Source: Elusimicrobia bacterium HGW-Elusimicrobia-3 | GTDB lineage: Bacteria; Elusimicrobiota; Elusimicrobia; Elusimicrobiales; UBA9959 | Direction of reading: 5' to 3' | Length of the DNA stretch: 64,000 nucleotides | NCBI GenBank assembly: GCA_002840355.1 | Contig: PHAL01000003.1 | Coordinates: 7,808 to 71,807 of the forward strand | In this document: piece by piece, positions 28,978 through 38,058 of the stretch | How the letters are laid out: every line of letters begins with the position of its first letter | Numbering within the stretch: the first letter of the stretch is position 1 | Translations under genes and position numbers: made by a program | Notes under the pieces: generated by a model | Told to the model about the DNA's origin: nothing | Databases searched by the model: none | What the model saw: the letters and a program-made list of their open reading frames with translations, nothing else

Positions 28978-29352
28978 CTACAGGCCGAGGGCGGCCTTCA
29001 CCTTGGCGTCTATCTCCTCGAGCGAAAAAGGCTTCTGCACCACGTCGTTGGCGCCGCTGAGCAGGGCGATGCCCTTCTCGCTGGCCGTGTCGCGCGAGGT
29101 CATGATGATGATCTTGGGCCCGTCGGAGCCGTAGCGCGAGGAGATCTCGCTGGCCACGTGATAGCCGTCTATGTAGGGCATCATCACGTCCAGCAGCACC
29201 AGGTCGAACTTCTCGGACTCGGCGGCCTGCAGCGCTTCCTTGCCGTTCACCTTGGCGGTGACGTCGTAGCCGAACCGCTTGAAATAGGATTCAAGCAGGT
29301 CGATCAGGTCCGGATCGTCGTCCGCTATCAGGATCCGCTTTCCACTTTCCAT
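28978..29352 (-). CDS. Stand-alone response regulator receiver domain (CheY-like)
   Basis: ATG 29352 ('MESGKRILIADDDPD...'); conserved DD, 'LLDVMMP' and 'IIIMTS' positions. 124 aa. The start lies 25 nt inside the 3' end of dnaE. Confidence 0.85.
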   Translation of the reverse strand: MESGKRILIADDDPDLIDLLESYFKRFGYDVTAKVNGKEALQAAESEKFDLVLLDVMMPYIDGYHVASEISSRYGSDGPKIIIMTSRDTASEKGIALLSGANDVVQKPFSLEEIDAKVKAALGL

Positions 29353-32300
29353 GTCTTGTCCCCCAGGAGTTTCTCGATATCGTGTATCAGCGCGTCGCTC
29401 AGGCCCACGCGCTCGCTGGTCTCTATCATGTAGGTGCCCCGCCCCTTGGCGTTCACCTGGAAGTAGACCGGGCAGGCGCCGTGGCTGCGCCCGAGCGCCG
29501 CCTTCAGCTCGTGCAGCTGCTTCTCGTCGAAGAGTATGCCCTCGGGCAGGTTCAATATCATGCCGCGGGCCCACTTGTTCATCGCGTCGTAGAGGCCGTA
29601 GGCCTCCTCGGCTATCAGCTCGTAGTTCTGCTCGCCGAAATCTGATTTCTGCACCTTGCCGGTCACGACGACTATCTTATTGGGGCCCAGCTGCGGGCCG
29701 TAGATCTTGTATTTCTTGGGGAACAGGCAGACGCCGACGTTGCCGGTCAGGTCCTCCACCTCGAATTTGGCCATCGCCTCGCCGGTCTTCTTGGTCTGCA
29801 TGCTCTTGAACTGCGCCACGATGCCGGCCACGCGCACCATCGCGCCTTCCTCGAAGCCGCCGGCCAGCAGCTTCTCGGCCTGGGCGTTGGCCACCATCGA
29901 CAGGTGCCGGCGGTAGCTGTTGAGCGGGTGCCCGGAGAAATAGAAGCCCAGCACCTCGCGCTCGTTCTTGAGCAGGGCGTGCTCGCTCATCACCGGGGCG
30001 GCCTTGCGCTCCTCGCCGAAGAGCATGGCCTGGTTGCAGTCCTGGGACTTGCCGCCGCAGAACAGCTCCACGGCCTCCATCGCCTTCGTGCGGGAGATCT
30101 CCGGCTTTTCGGCCGGGTAGAAGCAGTCGAAGCAGCCGCCCTTGGCCAGCGAATCTATCACGCGCTTGTTGAGCTGCTTGGAATCCGCGCGCAGCGTGAA
30201 TTCCTCGAAAGAGCGGAACGGGCCGTTGCGCAGCCGCTCGGCCACCATCGTCTCCACCACGCCCTCGCCGACGTTCTTCACGGCGGTCAGCGCGAAACGG
30301 ATCGCGGGCTTTCCGTTGCGCTCCTCTATGGAGAATTTCTTCTGCGAGCCGTTCACGCTGGGGCCGAGGATCTCGATCTCCATGTCCTGGGCCTCACCTA
30401 TATATGTGACCAGCTTGTTCTCCTTCTCCTCGGAGTTGACCGCGCTCTTGCCGATCTCGCTGGTCAGCAGCGCGGCCATGAACTCAACCGGGTAATTGGC
30501 CTTGAGCCAGGCGGTATGGTAGGCCACCAGGGCGTAGGCCACCGAGTGGGACTTGTTGAAGCCGTAGCCCGCGAACTTCGCCATGTCGTCGAAGATCTTG
30601 CTGGAGAGCTTGTTGGACACGTCGTGGAACGACTTGGACTGCTCCACGAACTTGACGCGCAGCTTCTCCATGACGTCCAGCTTCTTCTTGCCCATGGCCT
30701 TGCGGAAGTCGTCGGCCTCGCTGGGCGTGAACTTGGCCATGCTCTTGGCGATCTCCATGACCTGTTCCTGGTACACCATGGTGCCGTAGGTGTCCTTCAG
30801 GATGGGCTCGAGCAGCGGGTGGTCGTAGGTGATCTTCTTGCGGCCGTGCTTGCGCTCCACGAAGGTCTCGAGCATGCCGCTCTCGATGGGGCCGGGGCGG
30901 TAGAGCGCCACGAGGGCGGAGATGTCGCTGAAGACGGTGGGCTTGAGGCCCTTCACCAGCTTCTTCATGCCCTCGCTTTCCAGCTGGAACACGCCGGTGG
31001 TCTTGCCGTCGCAGAGCAGGTCGAAGGTGGCCTTGTCGTCCATCGGAACGGAATAGATGTCGAAATCTTCTTTGCCTGGCAGCTTGCGGATGAACTCGCT
31101 GGCGGTCTCGATGATCGTCAGCGTGCGCAAGCCCAGGAAGTCCACCTTGAGCATGCCGAGCGTGCCCAGCACGTTGCCGTCGTACTGCGTGGTGATGACG
31201 TCCTTGTTGTTGCGGTTGGCCAGCGGCACATAGTCGGTGATGTCGTCCTTGGAGATAACCACGCCGGCGGCGTGCACGCCGGTCTGGCGGCGCAGGCCCT
31301 CCACCTTCAGGGCGATGTCGAACATCTTCTTGATCCTGGGGTCGCGCTGGTACTCCTTGAGCTCGTTGACCTCGTTCAAAGCCTTGAAGAGCGTGGTGCC
31401 CAGGTCCGCCGGCACCAGCTTGGCGATGGCGTTGACGTCGGCCAGCGGGATGCCCATCACGCGGCCCACGTCGCGCACGGCGCTCTTGGCCTTGATGGTG
31501 CCGTAGGTGATGATGTTGGCCACCCGGCTGGCGCCGTACTTCTCGCGCACGTACTGCACCACCTTCTCGCGGCCGTCGTCGGAAAAGTCGATGTCGAGGT
31601 CGGGCATGCTCTTGCGGCCGGGGTTGAGGAAGCGCTCGAACAGCAGGCTGTTGGGCAGCGGGTCCACGCGGGTGATGTCGAGCGTGTAGGCCACCAGCGC
31701 GCCGGCGCCGGAGCCGCGGCCGGGCCCCACGGGCACGCCGATGCTGCGGCCGTGCTTGATGAAATCCATGACGATCAGGAAGTAGCTGGAGAAGCCCATC
31801 TTCTTGATGGTGTCCAGCTCGAACTCCAGGCGCTTGTGGTACTCCGGGCCGGCGTTGGGCACCTTCTTCTTCAGGCCCTCCTCGCACAGGTCCCTGAGGT
31901 AGTAGAAGTCGCCGTCGCCCTCCGTGTGCTTCACCTTGTACGGGGCGGGGATGTCGAAGGCGGGCAGGTGCAGCTTGCTGGTGTCCACCTTGACGCTGCA
32001 CATGTCCGCGATGACCAGCGTGTTCTTCACGGCCTCGGGCGTGTGAGAAAAAAGCTGCACCATCTCCGCCGGGCTCTTGTAGTAGAGCTCGTGGGTGGTC
32101 ATGCGCATGCGGTTCGGGTCGTCCATCAGCGAGCCGGTGGAGATGCAGATATGCGCGTCGTGCGCCTCCCAGTCCTCTTTCTTCTGGTAGTGGCAGTCGT
32201 TGGTGGCCACCAGCGGGATGCCGGTGCGCTTGGCGACCTCTATGAGGCCGGCCATGGCCGCCTGCTCCTCGGGGATATTGTGGTCCATCAGCTCGAGGTA

Positions 32301-32840
32301 AAAATTGCCCTTGCCGAGGATGTCCTGGTATTCCATCGCCAGCTTCTGCGCCTCGTCCAGCTTGCCCTCGGCGCAGTTGCGGGCTATGTGGGACTTGAGG
32401 CAGCCGGAGAGGCAGATGAGGCCCTCGGCGTGCTTGGCGAGCAGTTCGGAATCTATGCGCGGATCGTGGTAGAAGCCCTCGAGGAAGGAGGCGGAGACCA
32501 GCTTCATCAGGTTGTGGTAGCCGGCGTCGTTCTTGGCGAGCACGGTCATGTGGCCGTTGTCGCGGCGGCTGCCGCCCTTATCCTTGTTGAGGCGCGACCC
32601 CTTGGCGACGTAGCACTCGCAGCCGATTATGGGCTTCAAGCCGGCGGCGTTGGCCATGAAATAGAAGTCCATGGCGCCGTACATGTTGCCGTGGTCGGTG
32701 ATGGCGAGGGCGTTGCCCTTTACGGCGCCGAGGCCCTTGAGGAATTCCGAGGGCCCGCCGTGGCCGTCGCTGACGCGCAGCATGCCGTCGAGCAGCGAGT
32801 ACTCGGAGTGGTTGTGCAAGTGTATGAATTCAGGGCCCAT
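29328..32840 (-). CDS. dnaE: DNA polymerase III alpha subunit
   Basis: 1170 aa with an N-terminal PHP domain 'IHLHNHSEYSLLDG', polymerase core and OB-fold region. Confidence 0.95.
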   Translation of the reverse strand: MGPEFIHLHNHSEYSLLDGMLRVSDGHGGPSEFLKGLGAVKGNALAITDHGNMYGAMDFYFMANAAGLKPIIGCECYVAKGSRLNKDKGGSRRDNGHMTVLAKNDAGYHNLMKLVSASFLEGFYHDPRIDSELLAKHAEGLICLSGCLKSHIARNCAEGKLDEAQKLAMEYQDILGKGNFYLELMDHNIPEEQAAMAGLIEVAKRTGIPLVATNDCHYQKKEDWEAHDAHICISTGSLMDDPNRMRMTTHELYYKSPAEMVQLFSHTPEAVKNTLVIADMCSVKVDTSKLHLPAFDIPAPYKVKHTEGDGDFYYLRDLCEEGLKKKVPNAGPEYHKRLEFELDTIKKMGFSSYFLIVMDFIKHGRSIGVPVGPGRGSGAGALVAYTLDITRVDPLPNSLLFERFLNPGRKSMPDLDIDFSDDGREKVVQYVREKYGASRVANIITYGTIKAKSAVRDVGRVMGIPLADVNAIAKLVPADLGTTLFKALNEVNELKEYQRDPRIKKMFDIALKVEGLRRQTGVHAAGVVISKDDITDYVPLANRNNKDVITTQYDGNVLGTLGMLKVDFLGLRTLTIIETASEFIRKLPGKEDFDIYSVPMDDKATFDLLCDGKTTGVFQLESEGMKKLVKGLKPTVFSDISALVALYRPGPIESGMLETFVERKHGRKKITYDHPLLEPILKDTYGTMVYQEQVMEIAKSMAKFTPSEADDFRKAMGKKKLDVMEKLRVKFVEQSKSFHDVSNKLSSKIFDDMAKFAGYGFNKSHSVAYALVAYHTAWLKANYPVEFMAALLTSEIGKSAVNSEEKENKLVTYIGEAQDMEIEILGPSVNGSQKKFSIEERNGKPAIRFALTAVKNVGEGVVETMVAERLRNGPFRSFEEFTLRADSKQLNKRVIDSLAKGGCFDCFYPAEKPEISRTKAMEAVELFCGGKSQDCNQAMLFGEERKAAPVMSEHALLKNEREVLGFYFSGHPLNSYRRHLSMVANAQAEKLLAGGFEEGAMVRVAGIVAQFKSMQTKKTGEAMAKFEVEDLTGNVGVCLFPKKYKIYGPQLGPNKIVVVTGKVQKSDFGEQNYELIAEEAYGLYDAMNKWARGMILNLPEGILFDEKQLHELKAALGRSHGACPVYFQVNAKGRGTYMIETSERVGLSDALIHDIEKLLGDKTWKVESGS

Positions 32841-32880
32841 TGTAATAGAAAAACAGCCGCGGCTACAGCCCGCAGTCCTT

Positions 32881-32890
32881 AATTATATAA
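32881..32890 (-). promoter_or_regulatory. AT-rich box aattatataa (TATAAT on minus strand), candidate dnaE -10 element
   Basis: The reverse complement ttatataatt contains TATAAT about 40 nt upstream of the dnaE ATG (32840). An identical 10-mer recurs at 33124-33133. Confidence 0.3.
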
Positions 32891-32930
32891 ATAAAGTAGT
32901 CCCTAAAGGAATTTTCCCCAGGATAACGGC

Positions 32931-33080
32931 ACCGCGAGATGCCCAGTCGGGGGCCTACCGCAGGGGTCAGATCGCAAAATCGGCGTCGCGCACACCGTGC
33001 GCGCGCCTGCCGCCCTCAGGCTCGGCGCTTACGCAAGCCTCGCCTTCCGGGGGGCTTTTGCTAACCTGACCCCCGCGGTC
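32931..33080 (+). repeat. Intergenic repeat element, copy 3
   Basis: Same three conserved blocks as 1702..1847. Hairpin cgcgcac-acc-gtgcgcg (32987-33003). The 5' accgcg can pair with the 3' cgcggt. Confidence 0.65.
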
Positions 33081-33123
33081 TCCCCCTCCGTAAAGAGCGG
33101 AGGTGGAGCGGGGCTTTAGCGGA

Positions 33124-33134
33124 AATTATATAAT
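33124..33134 (+). promoter_or_regulatory. AT-rich box aattatataat (TATAAT 33128-33133), candidate -10 for a leaderless NUDIX/tkt transcript
   Basis: Only 7 nt separate TATAAT from ATG 33141, and there is no Shine-Dalgarno sequence. Confidence 0.35.
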
Positions 33135-33140
33135 CATATT

Positions 33141-33701
33141 ATGGCGAAAAAAGCGGCGCATCCTTACACGGAGAAGAAGCACAAGCACAGGCTCGTCTTT
33201 TCCGGCACCGTGAATTTCCGCGCCGACACGGTCACGCTGCCCAACGGCCGGCGCGCCACGCGGGAGTTCGTGGACCATCCCGGCGCGGTGGCCGTGCTGC
33301 CGGTGCTGCCCGACGGGCGCATCGTCTTCGTGCGGCAGTTCCGCTACCCGGTGGGCCTGGCCACGCTGGAGATCCCGGCCGGCAAGCTCGACGGCCCCAA
33401 GGACAGCCCGCTGCGGCGCGTGAAAGCCGAACTGAAAGAAGAGACCGGCTATACCGCCAGGCAGATCACGCCCATACTTTCCTACTGGCCCACGCCCGCC
33501 TTCTCGACCGAAGTGTTGTATATCTATACCGCCACCGGGCTGAGCGGCGGCGCGCCCGACCCCGACGAGGACGAGTTCCTCACCCTGGAAATTATCCCTT
33601 TCGAAAAAGCCTGGCAGATGGTAGAGACCGGCCGAATCCGCGACTCGAAAACGGTCATCGCCCTGCAGGCCTGGAAAATAAAGCTGCTGGAGAAAAAATG
33701 A
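33141..33701 (+). CDS. NUDIX hydrolase (ADP-ribose pyrophosphatase-like)
   Basis: Nudix box region 'GKLDGPKDSPLRRVKAELKEETGY'. 186 aa. ATGA overlap with tkt. Confidence 0.85.
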   Translation: MAKKAAHPYTEKKHKHRLVFSGTVNFRADTVTLPNGRRATREFVDHPGAVAVLPVLPDGRIVFVRQFRYPVGLATLEIPAGKLDGPKDSPLRRVKAELKEETGYTARQITPILSYWPTPAFSTEVLYIYTATGLSGGAPDPDEDEFLTLEIIPFEKAWQMVETGRIRDSKTVIALQAWKIKLLEKK

Positions 33702-35662
33702 AATTCGACAATACCGATACCCTGTGCGTCAACACGCTGCGTACCCTTTCCATAGACATGGTGGGCAAGGCCGACTCCGGCCACCCCGGCCTGCCGCTGG
33801 GCGCCGCGCCGCTGGCTTATTCTATCTGGGCGGGCCACCTGAAGTTCTCCGCCTCCGACCCGGCTTGGTTCGACCGGGACCGCTTCGTGCTGTCGGCGGG
33901 CCACGGTTCCTCGCTGCTCTACTCCATACTGCACATGTACGGCTTCGGCCTGAAGCTGGAAGACCTCAAGGCCTTCCGCCAGCTCGACAGCCTCACCCCC
34001 GGCCACCCGGAGCACGGCCACACCAAGGGCGTGGAGATGACCACCGGCCCGCTGGGCCAGGGCTTCGCTTCCGCCGTCGGCATGGCGCTCGCCGAGAAAC
34101 TGATGGCCGAGAAACTCAACACCCCCGAGTTCCAGCTGGTGGACCACCACACCTACATCCTCTGCGGCGACGGCGACCTGATGGAAGGCGTCTCCTACGA
34201 GGCGGCCTCGCTGGCCGGCACGCTGAAGCTGGGCAAGCTGATCTGCCTCTACGATTCCAACGGCATCACCATAGAGGGCCCGACCAGCCTGGCCTTCACC
34301 GAGGACGTCAAGAAGCGCTTCCTCGCGCAGGATTGGCAGGTCATCGAGGTGGAGGACGGCAACAGCCTGCCGGAGATAGACGCGGCCATCAAGAAGGCCA
34401 AGCGCGAGACGGAGAAGCCCTCCATCATCATCGCCAAAACGAATATAGGCTACGGCAGCCCCAAGCAGGACAAGAACTCCGTGCACGGCGAGCCGCTCAA
34501 GCCCGACGAGATCCTGGCCACCAAGAAGAAGCTGGGCTGCGGCTCCGAAGAGCCGTTCTGCGTCACCGACGAGGCCCGCGCCCGCTTCGCCGAGCAGGCC
34601 GAGGCCGCCGAGCGCGACCGCAAGCGCTGGCTGAAGCTCTGGAAGAACTACTCCGAGGCCCTGCCCGAGAAGGCGGAACTCGCCAAGGCGATGCTCGGCC
34701 GCGAGATCCCCGACGGGCTCTTCAACCCCGGCCCGGAATTCTTCGATAAGCCGGTGGCCACGCGCGAAGCCTCCGGCAAGGTGATCAACCTGATGGCGGA
34801 CAGCCTGCCCGGCCTCACCGGCGGCGCGGCCGACCTCGGCCCCTCCACGAAGACCGACTTCCTCAAAGAGCCGTCGCGCACGCTGCACTTCGGTATCCGC
34901 GAGCACGCGATGGGCTCCATCCTCAACGGCATGGCGCTGCACGGCGGCCTGATCCCGTTCGGCGCCACGTTCCTGGTCTTCTCCGACTACCTTCGGCCGG
35001 CCATCCGCCTGGCCGCGCTGATGCAGTGCCCGTCCATCTTCGTCTTCACGCACGACAGCATCGGCGTGGGCGAGGACGGCCCCACCCACCAGCCCGTAGA
35101 GCACCTGATGAGCCTGCGCCTGATCCCCGGCCTGCTCGTGCTGCGGCCGGCCGACGCCTGGGAGACCCTCTACGCCTGGGAGGCCGCCGTGCGGAGCAAG
35201 CGCCCGGCTTGCCTCGCGCTGTCGCGGCAGAAGCTGCCGCTGATGACGCAGTACCGCGAGAAGATAGCCGCCGGCCTTAAGCGCGGCGCCTACCTGCTGC
35301 GCGGCCCGTCCATAGTGCCGTCGATAGAATTGGTGGCCTCCGGCTCGGAGGTCTCCATGCTGTTCGAGGCCGCCGCCCTGCTGGAGAAGGAAGGCATCGG
35401 CGCGCGCATCATATCGGTCCCTTCATTCGAGTTGTTCCGAGAACAGGATAAAGCCTATCAGGACTCGGTCTTTATCCCCGAGCTGCCCAAGGTGGCGGTG
35501 GAAGCCGGCCGCGGCATCGGCTGGCGCGACCTCATAGGCGGGGACGTCGAGGTGGTGGGGATGGACACGTTCGGCAAGTCGGCGCCCGCGCCCGCGGCCT
35601 ACGAGGCGCTGGGCCTCACCGCGAAGCGCGTGGCCGAGACCGCCAGGCGGATGCTGAAGTAA
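33698..35662 (+). CDS. tkt: Transketolase
   Basis: 654 aa with 'GHPGLPLGAAP' and 'GDGDLMEGVSYEA' (ThDP-binding), plus a C-terminal transketolase domain. Confidence 0.95.
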   Translation: MKFDNTDTLCVNTLRTLSIDMVGKADSGHPGLPLGAAPLAYSIWAGHLKFSASDPAWFDRDRFVLSAGHGSSLLYSILHMYGFGLKLEDLKAFRQLDSLTPGHPEHGHTKGVEMTTGPLGQGFASAVGMALAEKLMAEKLNTPEFQLVDHHTYILCGDGDLMEGVSYEAASLAGTLKLGKLICLYDSNGITIEGPTSLAFTEDVKKRFLAQDWQVIEVEDGNSLPEIDAAIKKAKRETEKPSIIIAKTNIGYGSPKQDKNSVHGEPLKPDEILATKKKLGCGSEEPFCVTDEARARFAEQAEAAERDRKRWLKLWKNYSEALPEKAELAKAMLGREIPDGLFNPGPEFFDKPVATREASGKVINLMADSLPGLTGGAADLGPSTKTDFLKEPSRTLHFGIREHAMGSILNGMALHGGLIPFGATFLVFSDYLRPAIRLAALMQCPSIFVFTHDSIGVGEDGPTHQPVEHLMSLRLIPGLLVLRPADAWETLYAWEAAVRSKRPACLALSRQKLPLMTQYREKIAAGLKRGAYLLRGPSIVPSIELVASGSEVSMLFEAAALLEKEGIGARIISVPSFELFREQDKAYQDSVFIPELPKVAVEAGRGIGWRDLIGGDVEVVGMDTFGKSAPAPAAYEALGLTAKRVAETARRMLK

Positions 35663-35675
35663 GCCGTACCCGGCA

Positions 35676-35712
35676 AAAGAAAACCCCTCCGCGGCGGAGG
35701 GGTTTTTTCTTT
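35676..35712. terminator. Bidirectional hairpin terminator between tkt and lptG
   Basis: aaaagaaaa-cccctcc(gcggc)ggagggg-ttttttctttt. A-run and T-run flank a 7-bp GC stem between convergent genes. Confidence 0.75.
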
Positions 35713-35721
35713 TATATTCTC

Positions 35722-36810
35722 TCAGATCGACCGGGAGCGGCGCAGGCCCCACAGGGAGGCCGCAGCGAAGAGCAGCGCCGGGGCAAAGCCCGCCGCCAGC
35801 GGCGGCAGCAGTTCGGAGTTGCCGGCCTCCTGCGACATGATGATCACGGCCCAGAAGAAGAAACCCAGCCCCACCGACAGGCCGAAATTCATGTAACGGC
35901 TGCTCTTGCCCGAGAGCAGCACCATCGCCGCACCTATCAGCGCCATGGCGGGATTGGCCAGCGGCGCCGCCAGCTTGGCCCAGAACAGCGTGCGCTCCTC
36001 CGCCGAGGGGCTGCCCGCGGCCTGCAGCAGGCGCAACCGCCGCGAGAGGTCCAAGATGGAGATGCCGTCGGGGACCAGCTTGCCCAGCACGATGTTGCCC
36101 GGCGGCACGGCGAGTTCCGAACGGAGGGTTTTGAACCTGGTGAAAGCGGGCTCCCCGCCGGCGCCGTATTCCAGCAGCGTCCCGTCATGGAGGTCCCAGC
36201 GCCCGGCACCGGCGTTCCACGCGGCCGAGGCCGCGTTGATCTCGCGCCAGAGCCGCCCGCCGCGGTAGAAACCGGCCACCACGCCCTGCATCTCCCCGGT
36301 GCGCCCGTCGAAGAGCAGCGCCGAAACGAAGGTCTCCGGCCCGGCCGAGAACACGGCGTCGCGCCGCACCAGGCGCTGCCAGTCGTCGCGGCCGCGCACC
36401 CGCTGCTCGAAGAGGTTCTCCGCGCGCATGTACATGCCGGGGGCGGCGGTCTCCTGCAGCAGGAACTGCCCGGCCCCCACCAGCGCGGAGCAGACCAGCA
36501 GCGGCTTGATCATGTCGAAAGGCTTCCAGCCCCCGGCCAGGCCTGCCTTCCACTCGCCCGTCGCCATCATCCCGCCCAGCGCCGACAGCGCGGCCAGCAG
36601 CGTGGCCAGCGGCGCCATCTTCACGGCGAAGTAGGGCGCCTGGTAGAACATGTAGCGCGCCAGCAGCCAGCCGTCGGAGCCGCCCTTCATGAAGAAGTTC
36701 AGCTTGTCGAACAGGCTGCCGAAGAGCAGCAGCAGGCAGAACACGGCCAGCCCGAAGCCGAAAGGCCCCCAGAAGTTGCGCGCGATGTACCTGTAGAAAA
36801 TTTTATTCAT
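35722..36810 (-). CDS. lptG: LPS export ABC transporter permease LptG (YjgP/YjgQ family)
   Basis: 362 aa, 6-TM YjgP/YjgQ topology with a large periplasmic loop. Second of a tandem pair. Confidence 0.8.
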   Translation of the reverse strand: MNKIFYRYIARNFWGPFGFGLAVFCLLLLFGSLFDKLNFFMKGGSDGWLLARYMFYQAPYFAVKMAPLATLLAALSALGGMMATGEWKAGLAGGWKPFDMIKPLLVCSALVGAGQFLLQETAAPGMYMRAENLFEQRVRGRDDWQRLVRRDAVFSAGPETFVSALLFDGRTGEMQGVVAGFYRGGRLWREINAASAAWNAGAGRWDLHDGTLLEYGAGGEPAFTRFKTLRSELAVPPGNIVLGKLVPDGISILDLSRRLRLLQAAGSPSAEERTLFWAKLAAPLANPAMALIGAAMVLLSGKSSRYMNFGLSVGLGFFFWAVIIMSQEAGNSELLPPLAAGFAPALLFAAASLWGLRRSRSI

Positions 36811-36814
36811 AGGG

Positions 36815-37927
36815 CTACTTGGCGTACAGCCGCCGCTTCCACAGCCACAGCCCGGCGGCGGCGGTCAGCAGGGCGGGCAGGAAGATGGCCCACGGGAACA
36901 GGGCCGCGTATTTGCGGCTCAGCACCATGCCGCTCATCGTCAGGCCGTAGTAGAAGAAAATGATGATCAGGCTCAGCCCGAAGCCGGCCGAACGGCCGCG
37001 CTTGTCCAGCGCCACGCCCAGCGGCGAGCCCACCAGGAAGAAGACCAGGGGCGCCAGCGCCAGCGCGAAACGGGAGGCGGCCTCGATGCGGAACTTGGCC
37101 TCTATCTGCCGGTCCGGCACGCCCTCGCGCAGCTGCGCCAGCAGCGCCGGCGTGGTCATCTCGCGGTGCTTGAACTTGCGCACGGCGGCGCCCTCGGTGA
37201 AGAAAGGCAGCAGCGTCTTATAGGAGGAGAACTCGCCGTAGATGATCTTCTCCCGGTCCTTCATGTCGGTCTGGCTGAACTGTCCCTCGGAGAGTTCCAG
37301 TTCCAGCCCGGTCTCCCCGGCCTTGCGGTACCGCCCTGAGGCGGCGTTGATCTTGTTGATGTACGCCGTGCCCGCGCCCTTTTCGATGCGGCGCAACAGC
37401 TTCACGTCGGACATCTCTCCGGAGATGGAGTTGACGCCGCCGGCGTAGAGCGTCCACTCGGAGAGCTGCTGGAACGTGCGGGGCTTCAGCTCTATCTTGG
37501 TGACGCGGTTGATCATCGTGTTGAGGTAGTCCACGGAGCGCTTCTGCCCCATGGGCCCGAGCCAGTTATTGATGGCGAGCAGCAGCAGCGAACTCAGGAG
37601 AGCCGCGTAGAAGACCCAGGAAAAAATGTCGCCGAAGGAGAAGCCGCCGGCCCGCAGCGCTATGATCTCCCCGTCCTGCGACATCTGGCCCAGGCTCAGC
37701 AGCACCGCCAGCAGGAAGGCCAGCGGCAGCGACATCGCCAGGATATTCGGCAGCATGTAGAACACGGTCTTGGCCAGGAAATAGAAGGAGAAACCGGCCA
37801 GCGCGCCCTGGTTGACGATCTGCACGAAATTCAGCATCACCAGCAGCGAGGCGAAGATGAAAAGTGAAAGACCCAGGAACTTCGCGAAGGTCTTCAATAT
37901 ATAAAGGCGGGCTATAGGCACGGCCAT
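36815..37927 (-). CDS. lptF: LPS export ABC transporter permease LptF (YjgP/YjgQ family)
   Basis: 370 aa with YjgP/YjgQ topology. First of the tandem pair, 4 nt upstream of lptG. Confidence 0.8.
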   Translation of the reverse strand: MAVPIARLYILKTFAKFLGLSLFIFASLLVMLNFVQIVNQGALAGFSFYFLAKTVFYMLPNILAMSLPLAFLLAVLLSLGQMSQDGEIIALRAGGFSFGDIFSWVFYAALLSSLLLLAINNWLGPMGQKRSVDYLNTMINRVTKIELKPRTFQQLSEWTLYAGGVNSISGEMSDVKLLRRIEKGAGTAYINKINAASGRYRKAGETGLELELSEGQFSQTDMKDREKIIYGEFSSYKTLLPFFTEGAAVRKFKHREMTTPALLAQLREGVPDRQIEAKFRIEAASRFALALAPLVFFLVGSPLGVALDKRGRSAGFGLSLIIIFFYYGLTMSGMVLSRKYAALFPWAIFLPALLTAAAGLWLWKRRLYAK

Positions 37928-37938
37928 TTATTTATTCT

Positions 37939-37944
37939 ATTATA
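37939..37944 (-). promoter_or_regulatory. Candidate -10 box (TATAAT on minus strand) 11 nt upstream of the lptF ATG
   Basis: Minus strand reads cggataTATAATagaataaataaATG. No SD, which implies a near-leaderless transcript. Confidence 0.35.
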
Positions 37945-38058
37945 TATCCGCAGTACCGTAGTAGCCCGATTCGCCGCTTTTCAAGCGCGCCGAGGCGGGC
38001 AGTTTTCGTTTGCCCTGAAAAGCCGTTTTTTTGGACCGTTCCCGTTTTCCGGCGATAA

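Noticed and set aside
29353-29574. 74-codon N-terminal extension of the response-regulator ORF
   Set aside because: It lies entirely within dnaE coding sequence in another frame. Receiver domains begin at about the 'RILIADDD' position, immediately after ATG 29352.
29904-32882. 992-aa ORF on the plus strand, antisense to dnaE
   Set aside because: This is a shadow ORF typical of high-GC DNA. Its product is low-complexity (Ala/Gly/Val/Leu/His-rich) with no recognisable motifs, whereas the opposite strand encodes an unmistakable DnaE.
33524-35104. 526-aa minus-strand ORF antisense to tkt. Similar long antisense ORFs occur at 1963-3315, 4690-6021, 9562-11166, 13012-14136, 19440-20762, 37981-39561, 44667-45854, 48076-49551, 48978-50669, 51531-52952, 55579-56856 and 61473-62567
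   Set aside because: Each lies opposite a gene with clear family motifs. Their translations are Arg/Gly/Ala/Pro-rich, as expected from stop-poor frames in GC-rich sequence.
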